Source: Gekko japonicus (Eukaryota). From it: 64,000 nt of DNA. The translations under genes were made by a program, and so were the position numbers. The DNA lies in assembly GCF_001447785.1 (NCBI RefSeq), contig NW_015165837.1:1227368-1291367 (forward strand), read 5' to 3'. The notes beneath the pieces are model-generated. The model was not told the origin of the DNA. It saw only the letters and a list, made by a program, of their open reading frames with translations, and searched no databases. Shown here piece after piece: positions 37,915-49,700 of this stretch. Position 1 is the stretch's first letter; each line of letters opens with the position of its first letter.

Positions 37915-39488
37915 AGAGAGTGAGTATAAATGGGCAGTGGAGAGTGGTAAGCAGTGGGGTACCACAGGGATCAGTACTGGGTCCAATACTTTTTAACGTT
38001 CATTAATGATTTAGAATTGGGAGTAAGCAGTGAAGTGGCTAAATTTGAGGATGACACAGAATTGTTCAGGGTGGTGAAAACCAGGGAGGATTGTGAGGCA
38101 CTCCAAAGGGATCTCTCGAGGATGGGCATGTGGCAAATGGGGTTCAATGTGGCCAAGTGCAAAGTGATGCACATTGGGGGGGGGAATCCTAACTGTAAAT
38201 ACACGTTTATCGTGTTTGAACTGGCAGAGACTGACCAAGAGAGAGATCTTGGAGTCGTAGTAGATAACTCACTGAAAATGTCGAAACAGTGTGCAACTGC
38301 AATAAAAAAGGCCAACATTATGCTGGGGATTATTAGGAAGGGAACTGAAAACAAATCAGCCAGTATCATAATGCCCCCGTATAAATTGATGGTGTGACCT
38401 CATTTGGAATACTGTGTACAGTTCTGGTCACCCACACCTTGAAAAGGATATTATAGCATTGGAAAAAGTGCAGAGAATGGTTGGAACACTTTCCCTATGA
38501 AGAAAGGTTAAAATGCTTGGGGCTCTTCAGTTTGGAGAAACGATGACTGGGGGTGACATGATTGAGGTTTACAAGATTACACATGGATTAGAACAGGTAG
38601 AGAAAGAAGTACTTTTCTTCCTTTCTCACAATACAAGAACTCGTGAGCACTCAGTGAAATTGCTGAGTAGTCGGGTTATAATGGATAAAAGGAAGTACTT
38701 CTTCACCCAAAGAGTGATTAACACATGGAATTCACTGCTACAGGAGGTGGTGGCGGCCACAAGCATGGACGGCTTCAAGAGAGAATTGGATAAACATGGA
38801 GCAGAGATCCATCAGTGGCTATTAGCCACAAGGTATAGATAGGAACTCTCGGTCTGGGGCAAGTGATGCTCTGTATTCATTGGTGCTGGGGAGGGGGCAA
38901 CAGTGGGAGGGCTTCTGGTGTCTTTTGATGGCACCTGGCATTTTTGGACACTGTGTGACAGAGTGTTGGACTGGATGGGCCATTGGCCTGATTTTATGTT
39001 ATTAGGATTTTTGGTTTTGTTTTGGAATTAGTGGAATGCATCTTAAGATAGAGTTTTCCACACTCAGAATGTATAGTGTGAAAGTCTGAGGACTTTTTCA
39101 ATTGTTATTGCACTAAAGAGCTTCTTGCAGATGCTTTACAGAAAGGTAAATGATCGAGGTGAACAGTTGCCAGTAATCCATATGTAGATTTTGAAGCCAG
39201 GGCATTAAAAATCAATGACACAGGGTGCTCCTGTGTATATTATGTACTGTGAAACCTTGTGCATGGCTCTTCCTAATACAGGACTTGCAACTAGCAGTAT
39301 TTGGGCTGAAAAACGTTATGGATTATTATTGTCAATTATCAACAATGTTAAGCTGTACATTTTCAGTTATGTAAATAGCCTTTCCTATACTGGCATTTTT
39401 TTAATCTTTTGCTCTGAATTTTTACATAGTTTGGCTCTGTAATTTTAAAAGGTTACTGACCACTATCCTATTTTTTTCTTTTTAAAAG

Positions 39489-39564
39489 ATGTTCAGCTTC
39501 TTCCGAAAAAGCCAGGATACTAAGAAGATAATAGAAAAAGAAGCAGATGGATTTGTTCTCCTGG
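39489..39564 (+). CDS. UMAD1: UMAD1 first coding exon, 76 nt
   Basis: Branch TACTGAC, polypyrimidine tract, AAAAG/ATG; MFSFFRKSQDTKKIIEKEADGFVLL resembles the recalled UMAD1 N-terminus MFHFFRK...EADGFVLLG; donor G/GTAAGT; position next to RPA3 fits. Confidence 0.88.
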
Positions 39565-42222
39565 GTAAGTGATTGTAAGATAGAAAGAAATATATATTTT
39601 TTGTTATTTCACATGGATGTGAACCTTGTGAAATATCCAGAAAATAATTTTGCAAGGCATTTTGGTTTGAAAAGTAAGTGGAAACATGAAATGATCATTC
39701 AGAGCTTTGTTTGGAAATATGGGCCAGAAATAGAAATGGTTAGCTTTGGCATAATTGTTATGGCCTTCTTGCTGCCGCTCAGGAGCTTGCCCTGAGTCAC
39801 TTACAACAGCCATATCTATCTCATCACATTTTTATCTCACCCTTTTTCTTCCCCCCTCTTTCGTTTTATCATCACAACAACCCTTTGAAGTAGTTCAGGC
39901 TGAAAAGGAGTGATTTGCCCAAGGTTACCCAGTGAGCTCCAATAAAGAGTAACAGAATTCTTGGCATTGTGTGTACAAATGTATAGGTGTGAGGTCTGTG
40001 GCCCATCTGCACATGTGGCAAGAATTTAGGTTTCTCCTGATGTTGTGACACAGTTAAGGGGAAAAAACAAAACTGAAATAAAAAAGAGGGAGTGTTCTTA
40101 ATATTATAATAATACATTAAAGTTATTTTTTTAATTGTTTCTGGATAGATGACGAATGGAAGTGTGTAGTTGTATATACATATTTTATTTGTTTCATATA
40201 ATAAAACTGAAACATGAAGTACTTGGCCATGTTTCTAACTTCTGTAATTACAGATGGAGAACTGTAATGTTCTTACAGCTAGATATCAGATATTTTTAAA
40301 AGGTTCATCTTTTTGACTGTGTCTTGATTCTGAGGCAGCATTTTCTGGGAGTAATCCCACTCAAAGTCTACTGTTCAGTGCAAATGGGTTGTGACACGAG
40401 ATTCTTGCTACTTATTGCATTGTCCCTATTTGCATAGGGATTACTGTGGCATGGCTATTATGCCTTTCTGTGTTTTGATTAAGGTCTAGATATAGTACAG
40501 AATCTGCACAAACGACAACTCAGTCACAGACTCCAGAGAGTAAACAGGGAGTATTCCACTACTTGATTTTTTCCATCTCTAATTTGCCCATTACATTTTC
40601 TCCCTGAGGGATGACACTCTTCTTCTTCTTTAGTAATCGTGGATGTTAGACTGTGTCAACTAGTAAGTTAGCAAGTTCTCAGAACTCTTTCTCATGAGAG
40701 TTTGTGGGCTGCGTCATGCTCTAGTTCTCTGTGGAATTTTCCTCTGGAGAGAAAGTGGAATCTATTCCAATCATGTGTCTGGGGAATGAAATAGTAATAT
40801 TTCTTGCTGTATGTTTGTCAGTAAAAGTCACCTAGTACCTGAGTACGTGAGCTCAAGAGGGTTCATTCTCATCTCCCACTGGGTATGCTATAGCTGATGA
40901 TTCAGAAACTTTTAAGAACTATTCACTTTGCAGGAGAGCCAGAAAACAAAGTTGTTTCACATATAGTTAAATGGAGTTTTAGCTTTTTCATTTGTACCTT
41001 GTTTGTGTTCAGCTGTACTAGGTGCTATTCCTACGGTTATGCTTGATACCTGCAGTTGGGTAGTAATGTTTAATACAGTAGGGATTTCTAATTTGTCAAA
41101 GGAGTCAGCATTGGCTTTAATTGTGTTTTTCTCTCATTTTCCTATGGAGTGTTCTGAATGAGATATTAGTCTTCCTTATCAGTTAGCAGACTGAATAAGG
41201 ACTAGCCTGTGTGACACATCCCCGCTGGAGGATTCTTCTTCTATCTGGCAGATCTCCACGCCTTGGCTGCAATGTCCAGCATAGCTTCCCACATAGATCT
41301 TCTTGATCACGCAGAGAGTTTTGAAATGCTTGCAGATTTTTAACCTTATTCTTTACCAGGATTCAAAGCTGGTTAGGAAACCTTGCTTAAGAGAGAACCT
41401 AGTTGCTATTGCATATTCCCTTGCCTTGTGTCAGCCCTTGCTCTGTTCATGCAACAATAGAGAAGGGGTAATTTCCACCAATCGGAGCAGCTTTGGGGGG
41501 GGGAGCAGCAAAAAGGGAAAATAGCAAAGATCCTTTCCTCAAACTCTGTCTCATTCCCTGGTATTGGGATTCAGGTTATGGGGTCAGTGTCTTTTAAAGA
41601 AAGCTATGTCTTGTCCCCATGGATAAAGTTGTAGAAAATAAACGTCCTTTTCTTTTTTTTTTTTGAGTTTCTTATTAACTGACTGTCCACTTGACATTGC
41701 CATATCTTTTCTTTACCTTCCACATGCTGCACAGCTTTTTCTGCTCAACAAATATGCATGTCCTGCAATGTGTGCATGTATTTTGGTGCATTTAATGGAA
41801 CAGCATGCACAATGAACCGTTCCATGTAAAGCCTGTTCAAAATTTGATAGGGATTGTCGCTTCTTTGTATAAGAGCTAAATCTTGGAAGTGAGACTTTAT
41901 ATGGTTTTCTTTTTCATGCCTATTTTGTGAATAACAGGGTAAAGAACCATGTGTCTGATTACTGTAGTTTGATTTCAGTGGGCAGTATGGATGAGGGAGA
42001 CCAGAAAAACAATCCTCTCCAGTGTTGCTGATTTCTAGTCGCATAAGGAGATAATTGCTACTCCTTCATTCAGTGCAGAGTCAAAGTAATCCTCTTGGGT
42101 ACTGGTTTTACACAAAAACAAAGTGTAGTATGCTTTTACATAATTAGATGGCATATTTCTTCATGCACATGTGCTTTTTTGCTAAACTGAATATAGTGTT
42201 AATTAGCAGGCTAACTAGTTTC

Positions 42223-42898
42223 TAGGGGTGTGCACAAAATGGGTATTTTTTGGGTTCAGGTATATTGAACCCCCAAAATATTAGTATTTTCTGATATTTC
42301 CAAATCCCAATGCAAGAATGGTTTTCGGATTTGGGATTTTTCTGAAATCCTGAATGTTTTCGGCTCCATTATACCCTACAGGGACCATTATAGTAAATGG
42401 TCCCCACAGGGTATAATGGAGAATCAATCCAGGAGTATCTGGGGCTCTGAGGGGGTTGTATTTTGAGGTAGAGGCACTATATTTGCAGCATAGCTACTGG
42501 TGCCTCTCCTCAAACAAGCCCCCAAGTTTCAAAAAGATTGGACCAGGCAGTCCAATTGTATGGGCCCCCGAACAAGATGCCCCTATTTTCCATTGGTTTC
42601 AATGGAGGAAAAAAAGGTGTTTAATGTGATCACAGTCCTTCAGTGCCTTCTCAAAGCCGTGAGTGAACTTCAAAGGTGTTTAACGGGCTTGCAGTCCCTT
42701 TAAACATGCCCTCTAACTTCGACTATCCAGCAATCCCCCAAAAAATCCAGATATTTTTGGGATTTGGGGAGTTTGGCCATTTCAGATAGCTGAAAAAAAT
42801 ACCCAAGTCTATATCTGGCTGAAACAATAGCCAGAAAATACCAATAAGGTATTTTTGGGATATTTTTTCAGCTTGGATATAGCTGAATGCACACCCTT
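42223..42898. mobile_element. hAT MITE
   Basis: TIRs TAGGGGTGTGCA / TGCACACCCTT; perfect 8-bp TSD CTAGTTTC (42215-42222, 42899-42906). Confidence 0.88.
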
Positions 42899-43066
42899 CT
42901 AGTTTCCCTACTCTGGGTTTCAGGTTTGTAGAATCTATCTTTTTAAAGCTAACCTGCTACATAAACATAATGTCCTTTTTTAGTCAACTAGCAGGTATGA
43001 AATTACAGCACCCAAAATCCAAGTGCTGATTTGTATTTCCTTCAAAACAAAAAGAGTGCATAACAG

Positions 43067-43634
43067 TGTCATGGGCATGGATGAGGATGAGCTGACAGAG
43101 CCTGCAGAAACCACAGCTGGCCCCTCTGAAGCAGCAGAGGAGGATAGCTGGCAAGTGCCTGTAACAGCAGTCTTCACACCTGGGCCCAGATAAGAAGGAA
43201 GAACTGCAAGCTGAAAGTCCTCCTGACTCACCCCACATGTGACTCGTTTAAGGGAGCGACTGCGACAAAACTTAGCAAGCAGATGAAGAGAGGCCAGGGT
43301 ACAAGGGAGACGCTCAGACAGCTCAGAGTTCTAACAGGAGCCTGGCCGATCGTGCAGCTGGCTAATTGGTAGCAGCATTTAACTCCAAGTTCAAAGCCAG
43401 GGGGTCCAAAGGTCTAGGTGCAAGAGTCCTAGACCTTTGGACCCCCTGGCTTTGAACTTGGCTCTGTGTTCCTAGCTCCTGATCCCGGCTTGGCTTTGAA
43501 CTACGTTTCTGGTTAGTGATTTGGACTTGGCTCTGTGTTTCTGGCTCTTGACCCTGGCTTGGCTTTTTGGTCTTCTTGGCTCCTGACCTTGGCTTGTTCT
43601 GGACTCCCTTTGACTGGCACCCCAGCCCATGACA
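43067..43634. mobile_element. Solo LTR (Gypsy-like), 568 bp
   Basis: TG...CA ends with 10-bp inverted termini TGTCATGGGC / GCCCATGACA; 5-bp TSD AACAG (43062-43066, 43635-43639). Confidence 0.85.
43385..43461. repeat. Perfect 34-bp inverted repeat with 9-nt spacer
   Basis: CCAAGTTCAAAGCCAGGGGGTCCAAAGGTCTAGG-TGCAAGAGT-reverse complement. Confidence 0.95.
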
Positions 43635-44665
43635 AACAGCAGCGTAACACAGAAAATGACATTTTCATAGTGTACAAGAAAAAAATAACAGGAAGTAACA
43701 ATGCAGATAGCTATGAGTGTCAGCCTTATGCTGTGTTAATACTGTTGAAAAATACATGTAGGCTAACTCTTAGGAGTACAGTTGTGTTTGGGCTAAATGA
43801 GCTCAGTCAGCATCTAAATGAATTAGGTTACAAACAATTGAACTGAATTATGCTTTTTGGTATAAGCAGGTGTATTTCTTAAGAGGAGAATGTTAAATAC
43901 TGCTTTCTCTAGATTTTGAATAGTGCTGTGTCTAAATTTTGGCATTGCCCTTTGCAAACACAATTGTCTGTTCCCTGAAGTTCTGTTCATAGGCTCAGCA
44001 TATTAAATAACTTGCAGTGTTGTATGCACACTGTGTGTAGCCTCTCTAATACAACACCTAATTCAGCAGTAGGTAGACTTTTAGGGTTGGCTCCAGCAAT
44101 CTTTTGGTTTAAGAACTGCAATTTTTTTCTCCCCCCAACTGTAAAGGCAAGCTGAAAAGACGGAGCCGTTCAGTTAAAAGCCAGGTCCATTTTAAGCCTA
44201 GTGCCTGAAAAATAGTAAGGTAAGCATCAGACAGGCCTTAAGAGGGAGTGCATTTTAAAAGTCTCATGCCACCACTGATAAAGCTTTGTGCCTGGTCACC
44301 ATCTGCCTCACCTCTGGGGTCAAATAGGCTGTTAAGCCCACCATGAATGTTCCAGTGGGCTGATGCCCACTGCATAGGAGGTAAGATGGGTGGGAACTGA
44401 CAAGCGGATGGGAACCAGCAGCGTGTGAGGCAGGCGGACTGTTCTTCCTCCCTTCCCCTATTTTGGAGGACAGGGTAGTTGGTTTTTTTTGACTCTCAGT
44501 CCGCCCTTCTCACCTCTGTTAGAGGGAGTACAGAGAGCGGGGCTTACAGAGAAGATCTTAACTAATGGTCTGGTCAGTACAGGAGTTGAAGTTCCTCTGC
44601 CAAAGACAGAAATCATGTTGCTCAAAAAGATAAAAGGCAAGTTCTTGATAATGTAGCTGCAGTTA

Positions 44666-45175
44666 GGCTGCGGTCACACGGAACAGAAGCCACACAAGTG
44701 AGACGGAAAACAGGCGGAGTTTCCGGGCGCGATCTCACCAGCACATCTGGGAAGCATAGCACTCCCGTGGCACTCCCGTAGCACTCCCGTGGCACAACCG
44801 AGGTACTAGTTTCTGGAAACTGCGGGGCAAGGGCGGGCGTCTGATCGCGTTTCCGGTGGCATCCGGCACCCGCCCATGTCCCCTTGCAAATAAGGTGGGT
44901 TTTTTTGTCCACGTCTCTGTGGATGTGCACACGCACCCAACGGAGCATTTGCATTAGTCGTGTACACACAAAAACAAAACATTTTGCCGCGGCGCGCACT
45001 TCTTCATTGTGCGCCGGCTTGTCCTGTGATCAGCACCTCTCCCTTGCCATGGAACCTCCACGGTACCTCCACAGGACCTCCACGGGAGGTCTGATCGAGT
45101 AACTGCGCAGTAGTTTGCCCCAGGGCAAACAGCCACGCTTCTCCCCCGCAGTTTCCTGCCCGTGTGACCGGGGCC
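44666..45175 (-). mobile_element. Harbinger-like MITE, short copy
   Basis: TIRs GGCTGCGGTCACACGG / CCGTGTGACCGGGGCC; TTA on the left flank; homologous to 30995-32367. Confidence 0.75.
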
Positions 45176-45792
45176 AGAGTTAGGCAGCACATTGTGACAG
45201 TGGCCTTGTCTGTCTTCTCTAGGAATGGCTGCAGCTGGTGAACTAGTTTAAGATGGTAAAAATCACTCCTGGCTACCACTGCCTGCTGTTCATCCAGTGA
45301 CTAAGATGAACCCAGGAGCACACTCAAACTTTGTACCCCAACCATGCCCAGTATGGGCTATATACCTATCCTGTCATCAGCTTTATTCCCAACCTACAGT
45401 TCTTCAGTCTTGTTCAATTTGAGTTTTAATTTATCCAATCTTTTGTGGCTTCCAGGTATTGTTTTGGAGTGGCTACTGTGTCCCTAGAGATATATTAAAA
45501 GGAGAGGTAGGATTGGGTGTCATCATCACTCTGATGAAGCATCAGGTATACTGCTAACATCTTCATATAGATGTACAAAAAATTACTTCAGTGAACTTTC
45601 TTAAAATACTTTTCATTTTTGCAGTTTAATCTTGGATATATCCAAAAGGAAGCCACTAAACATTGCTGAGAATTTCTGCTCCACTTTCCTCCTCTCCGTC
45701 ATATCTGAAAGAGCACCCATTGCCTTTTGGCTTACCATACCAGCTGCCATGGTAGTTCACATCAGAGAATTCTATAAAAAGACATGTCCTCC

Positions 45793-45986
45793 CCCATATT
45801 TCTTTACTTTGCCCATCTTCAAGGACTGGGAAACAGCAGGAGGAAAACGGCCTCTATTGGTAAGGCTGCACTCACTATTGCAGAGTGGAAGCACTCTGCA
45901 ATAGTGAGTGCAGCCTTACCAATAGAGGCCATTTTCCTCCTGCTGTTTCCCAGTCCTTAAAGATGGGCAAAGTAAAGAAATATGGG
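45793..45986. repeat. Near-perfect palindrome, 95-bp arms, 4-nt loop
   Basis: Arms 45793-45887 and 45892-45986, loop GAAG, 2 mismatches; the two opposite-strand ORFs both read PYFFTLPIFKDWETAGGK. Confidence 0.97.
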
Positions 45987-46203
45987 CAGGCCCCAAATGA
46001 TACAATTTTTCCTAGATGTTGGTTTGATGCACTCATTGTTCTTTCTAGCTTTGGCCAGTGAGTGTGCAACCATATTTGGTTTATAGTCAGGCTTTGCACT
46101 GTATCCCAGCAACCCCCACTTCAATAGAGACTTTCAAATAATGATTCAGGTTCTACTCAGAGGCTGGGGAAAGTATTCAGTTTAGCCTTCAGATCAGTTT
46201 TGG

Positions 46204-46247
46204 TTTGACTCCATAAACTTAGAATAAACAGCGTTTATGGAGTCAAA
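46204..46247. repeat. 15-bp perfect inverted repeat with 14-nt loop
   Basis: TTTGACTCCATAAAC-TTAGAATAAACAGC-GTTTATGGAGTCAAA. Confidence 0.9.
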
Positions 46248-46249
46248 TC

Positions 46250-46740
46250 TAAGTGACTGCCTCTTCCAACATATACCTCAAAGAGCATTATGATCTAAAG
46301 ATCACCACTTCCTGGTGGTCCCTGTCCGAAAGGACGCTTGTCTTGCCTCAACCAGGGCCAGGGCTTTCTCTGTTCTGGCCCCAGCGTGGTGGAACATGCT
46401 CCCTATTGAGACCAGGGCCTTGTGGGATCTTCTTCAATTCCACAGGGCCTGCAAGACGGAGCTGTTCCTCCAGGCCTTTGGTTGAGTCAACGGGCACCCA
46501 TATATGGCCTCCCTGAGGTTGCTGTCATCTATCTATTTACTGACCACCGGCAACTGGCCTTTAACTTACTGCACCATTGGGCCAGAATTTTATAATCAAT
46601 GGTGTTTCAAGCTGTACCCATTGTTTTAATTGTTATAATGTTTTATCATGTTTTAAATTGAAATTGTATTTATTATAAGGATGTTACCCGCCCTGAGCAA
46701 ACTTGCGGAATGGGCAGAATATAAATGCAAATAATAAATA
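46250..46740 (+). mobile_element. L2-like LINE 3' end
   Basis: CCAGGGCCAGGGCTTTCTC...TGGAAC..CTCCC...; tail TGTTACCCGCCCTGAGC...ATATAAATGCAAATAATAAATA. Confidence 0.6.
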
Positions 46741-49700
46741 GTTGTATGCCAGGGATAGCTTAAAACTACAAGGTTAGTATTTGACCAAGATTTGGGGCGA
46801 TACAGCTGTGATGAATGGTAAGGCAATCATGAACTTAATGCAAATTTCCCTTACAAGCAAAAATAAAACAATAACAAAGAGCTTTATGTTAGTTTATGTT
46901 TTGAAAAGAATGCCAAACTTTATTTTTGGTCTTTTGTTTAGGAGACTTGAGGGTCAGGATAAAGGGAGATGTCTCCTTGGGAAAATTGTGTGATTATAAA
47001 TTATTCATAGCTGCATGAACCAATATGATTTACGTTCTCTGTGGAGTATGACAGTTGAAAAATGACAGTTGGACTGGCAGGTGAGAGCAGGTGGCTGGTG
47101 GCTGTTAGTAGACTCAAGTGATAAGGTTTTGAATACCTGTTCTGATGCTGATAGGAAAAGGATCTAGAAATAGAGTAAGCAGATACTGTATGTTCAGCTG
47201 GAGGTAGCTAGGGAGTCTGATATTTTGTTTCAGTTCAATAACTGATGTATCGGGCCTGCCCAGAGTCAGACCACATTTTCCTCAGATTTGAATACTATAT
47301 TATTGATATGGTTCTAAATATTTACATTACCTTTTGCATCTTTGTGCTTAACTCTCCCTATGCTGAGATCTAAGCTGGGCTACTGAATAGACAAATATTT
47401 TAATCCTTATAAATGTCTGTAAGATTCACCCAGGGAGCAGGTCTTAACAGGTAGGTGATCCTGCAGTGATCCCAGAGTGGAATAGATGTTTCCAGGAGAA
47501 GGTGGAGCTGCATGATTGCAGTAAAGTAATATAGAGCTCTCTTTAATCTTATAGTGGAATCTTCAGTTTTAAACATTTAGTCTGACCTTGCAAGGTATGT
47601 ATCCAGGCGTTCTCATGGAACAGGCCCTGGCAGGATGAAATAGATCTTTATTTTAACAAAGTCACCTTCTACTTCATAGTTGTCATAGAGCTATGTTGTA
47701 AGTTCAGCCTCTTCTTTCATTGCTGAAAAGTGCCTCAGCTATGGCATAATGCAGTTCTCCCAGTGTGTTTGCCATGGTTGTATCAAGCCTTTTGGGTCAG
47801 CCTTATCTGTTGTTACAGGTTCTGGACTCTCATTTTAGCAGTAATAACTGCCTGTATTGATACGGTTGAATCTTCTTGAGCCATCTCTGCCTCTGACATA
47901 CTGCTTTGTCCAGTGACTCATCATATCATTGCATCCATAGCTTCTAGTTCATTTTCCTCATTAGGTCTTGACCAGCATCAGAATTTCATTTGTATGGTGC
48001 AGATTTCTTCCAGCATAAAAATCAGCTGGCCAGATACCAATGTCAAGATTTAGATTTATTAATGCCCAGCAAATCTATTTAGTGAAACGTTAGAGAGTAA
48101 TTTGTTACACTGAGGTAAATGATGAGGATCTCTTTGAGGTCAAATGTAAAAAGAAGACAGTCTAATTTCTGACTGTGTTCTTGTTCACCCCCTTTAATAT
48201 CTAATAATAATTAATATTTATATAATGCCTTCAGTGCCCAAAGTGCTTCATGTACATTAACGTCATCTTTACAACAACCCTGTAAGGTATATTAATATTC
48301 CCCGCATTGCAGATGGTAGGAATGAGGCTGAGAAGAATTGGTTTGCCTAAGGCCACCTATGAGTTTATGAGAGGTATGACTTGAACGAGTGACCCTTCTG
48401 GGTTACAGTTTAAGTCAGTACCCCACCAGCTCTCTCTGATATATGTATGTTTGTTGGCCCTCTTTGTGTCTTCTGAAGATAACAAAAGAAATATTAGGAA
48501 TATTTCTGTTTTAAAGATTTTACTTAAAGCTCCTGAGAGTCACTCCCGTCATCATGATCATAAAGTCAGAAAGATTTATACACATATCTGCGTTGGAGTC
48601 AAATAAGCTAAGGGCCTTTTCAAAAAAAATCCAATGCAGCTCACATCTGGCTGGGCAGAGCTCCCATTCTGTGCCCAGGTTGTTTTTCAGCTGACCTGTT
48701 GCTGGCTTGGGCATATGACACCAGGGTTTATCTCACTGTGCAGCCAACTGTAAAGCTACATTGAATTCATTAAGAGAGGGGCTTTGTGAATTTTGGGTAG
48801 TGGGAACTGATGAGTGGCTTTCTGTACCAGGGTCTAATTTCCAAGTGGGTAAGTATATAAATCTTTCTCATGTTTCCATTTTGCTTATGGTCTATTGCTT
48901 TGGTAACCACCTAATACGATGAAGACAAGGAAAGAAAGCAGCATATCGGGTTGCAAGACTAAAGGCATATATAAATAGTCTGAAGCTTTAGAGAATTAAC
49001 CTTAACTTTTAAAAATTAAAATTGAGCTTAATGTCTAAATGTATTTTAAACAAAATAACTGAAATATTACTGCCAACTGGGATCCTCCTATAAGCATCCA
49101 TTAGAAAATTATGAATGGTTCTAAATTAATATGCCTTAAAATACCATGTATAAGAGATTCTCCAAAAATTGGTATAAAAGTTTTGTGCCAGTTTAATATC
49201 CATCCACTTTTTTCACATCCTTAATCTTGTTGTTTGTGTTTTGTGTCTGTTATATGTAAACAAATAATTAGCTTGGAAACAGGGCAATTAGATCTGGTCT
49301 ATAGAACAAGAAGATAATATTGGACATACATGCACACTGATACAAATAGACTGCTCTAAAATACAAAGTAGAAAAATAAACATTGTGTAAAATGTGATAT
49401 AAAACACAAATGAAGCATAATTAGCAAGGGGCAGTAAAAATGAAGTTTGTTCTGAATAGTAACAGACTATTAATTTCTCACAATGGGAAAACAACCCATT
49501 GGTTGTCTGTAGTGGCTCCAGAGCTGACAAATTGCTTAACACTGAAGATCACAAGATTCAGAATCTTATCCATTGGAAAGGAACTCTGAAGGCTTCTTTT
49601 TTACATAACTTTTAGTTCCTAATATATGACTTCAGGTTATTATGTGGTAGCAACATAGTCCTCATTTATTTTTTGGTTTAGTATTTTTTATTATTGTCTT

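Larger units (their letters stand above)
34550..39005 (+). mobile_element. CR1 LINE (5'-truncated, degenerate), split by the BovB insertion
   Basis: Left part PEDWKVANVTPIFKKGSRGDPGNYRPVSL...GFCKGRSCLTNL; right part RVSING..SGVPQGSVLGP, KFEDDTELF, ERDLGVVVD; 3' UTR matches 56300-56590. Confidence 0.9.

Noticed and set aside
45632-46099. Two opposite-strand ORFs encoding the same peptide
   Set aside because: A by-product of the 95-bp palindrome, not a gene pair.
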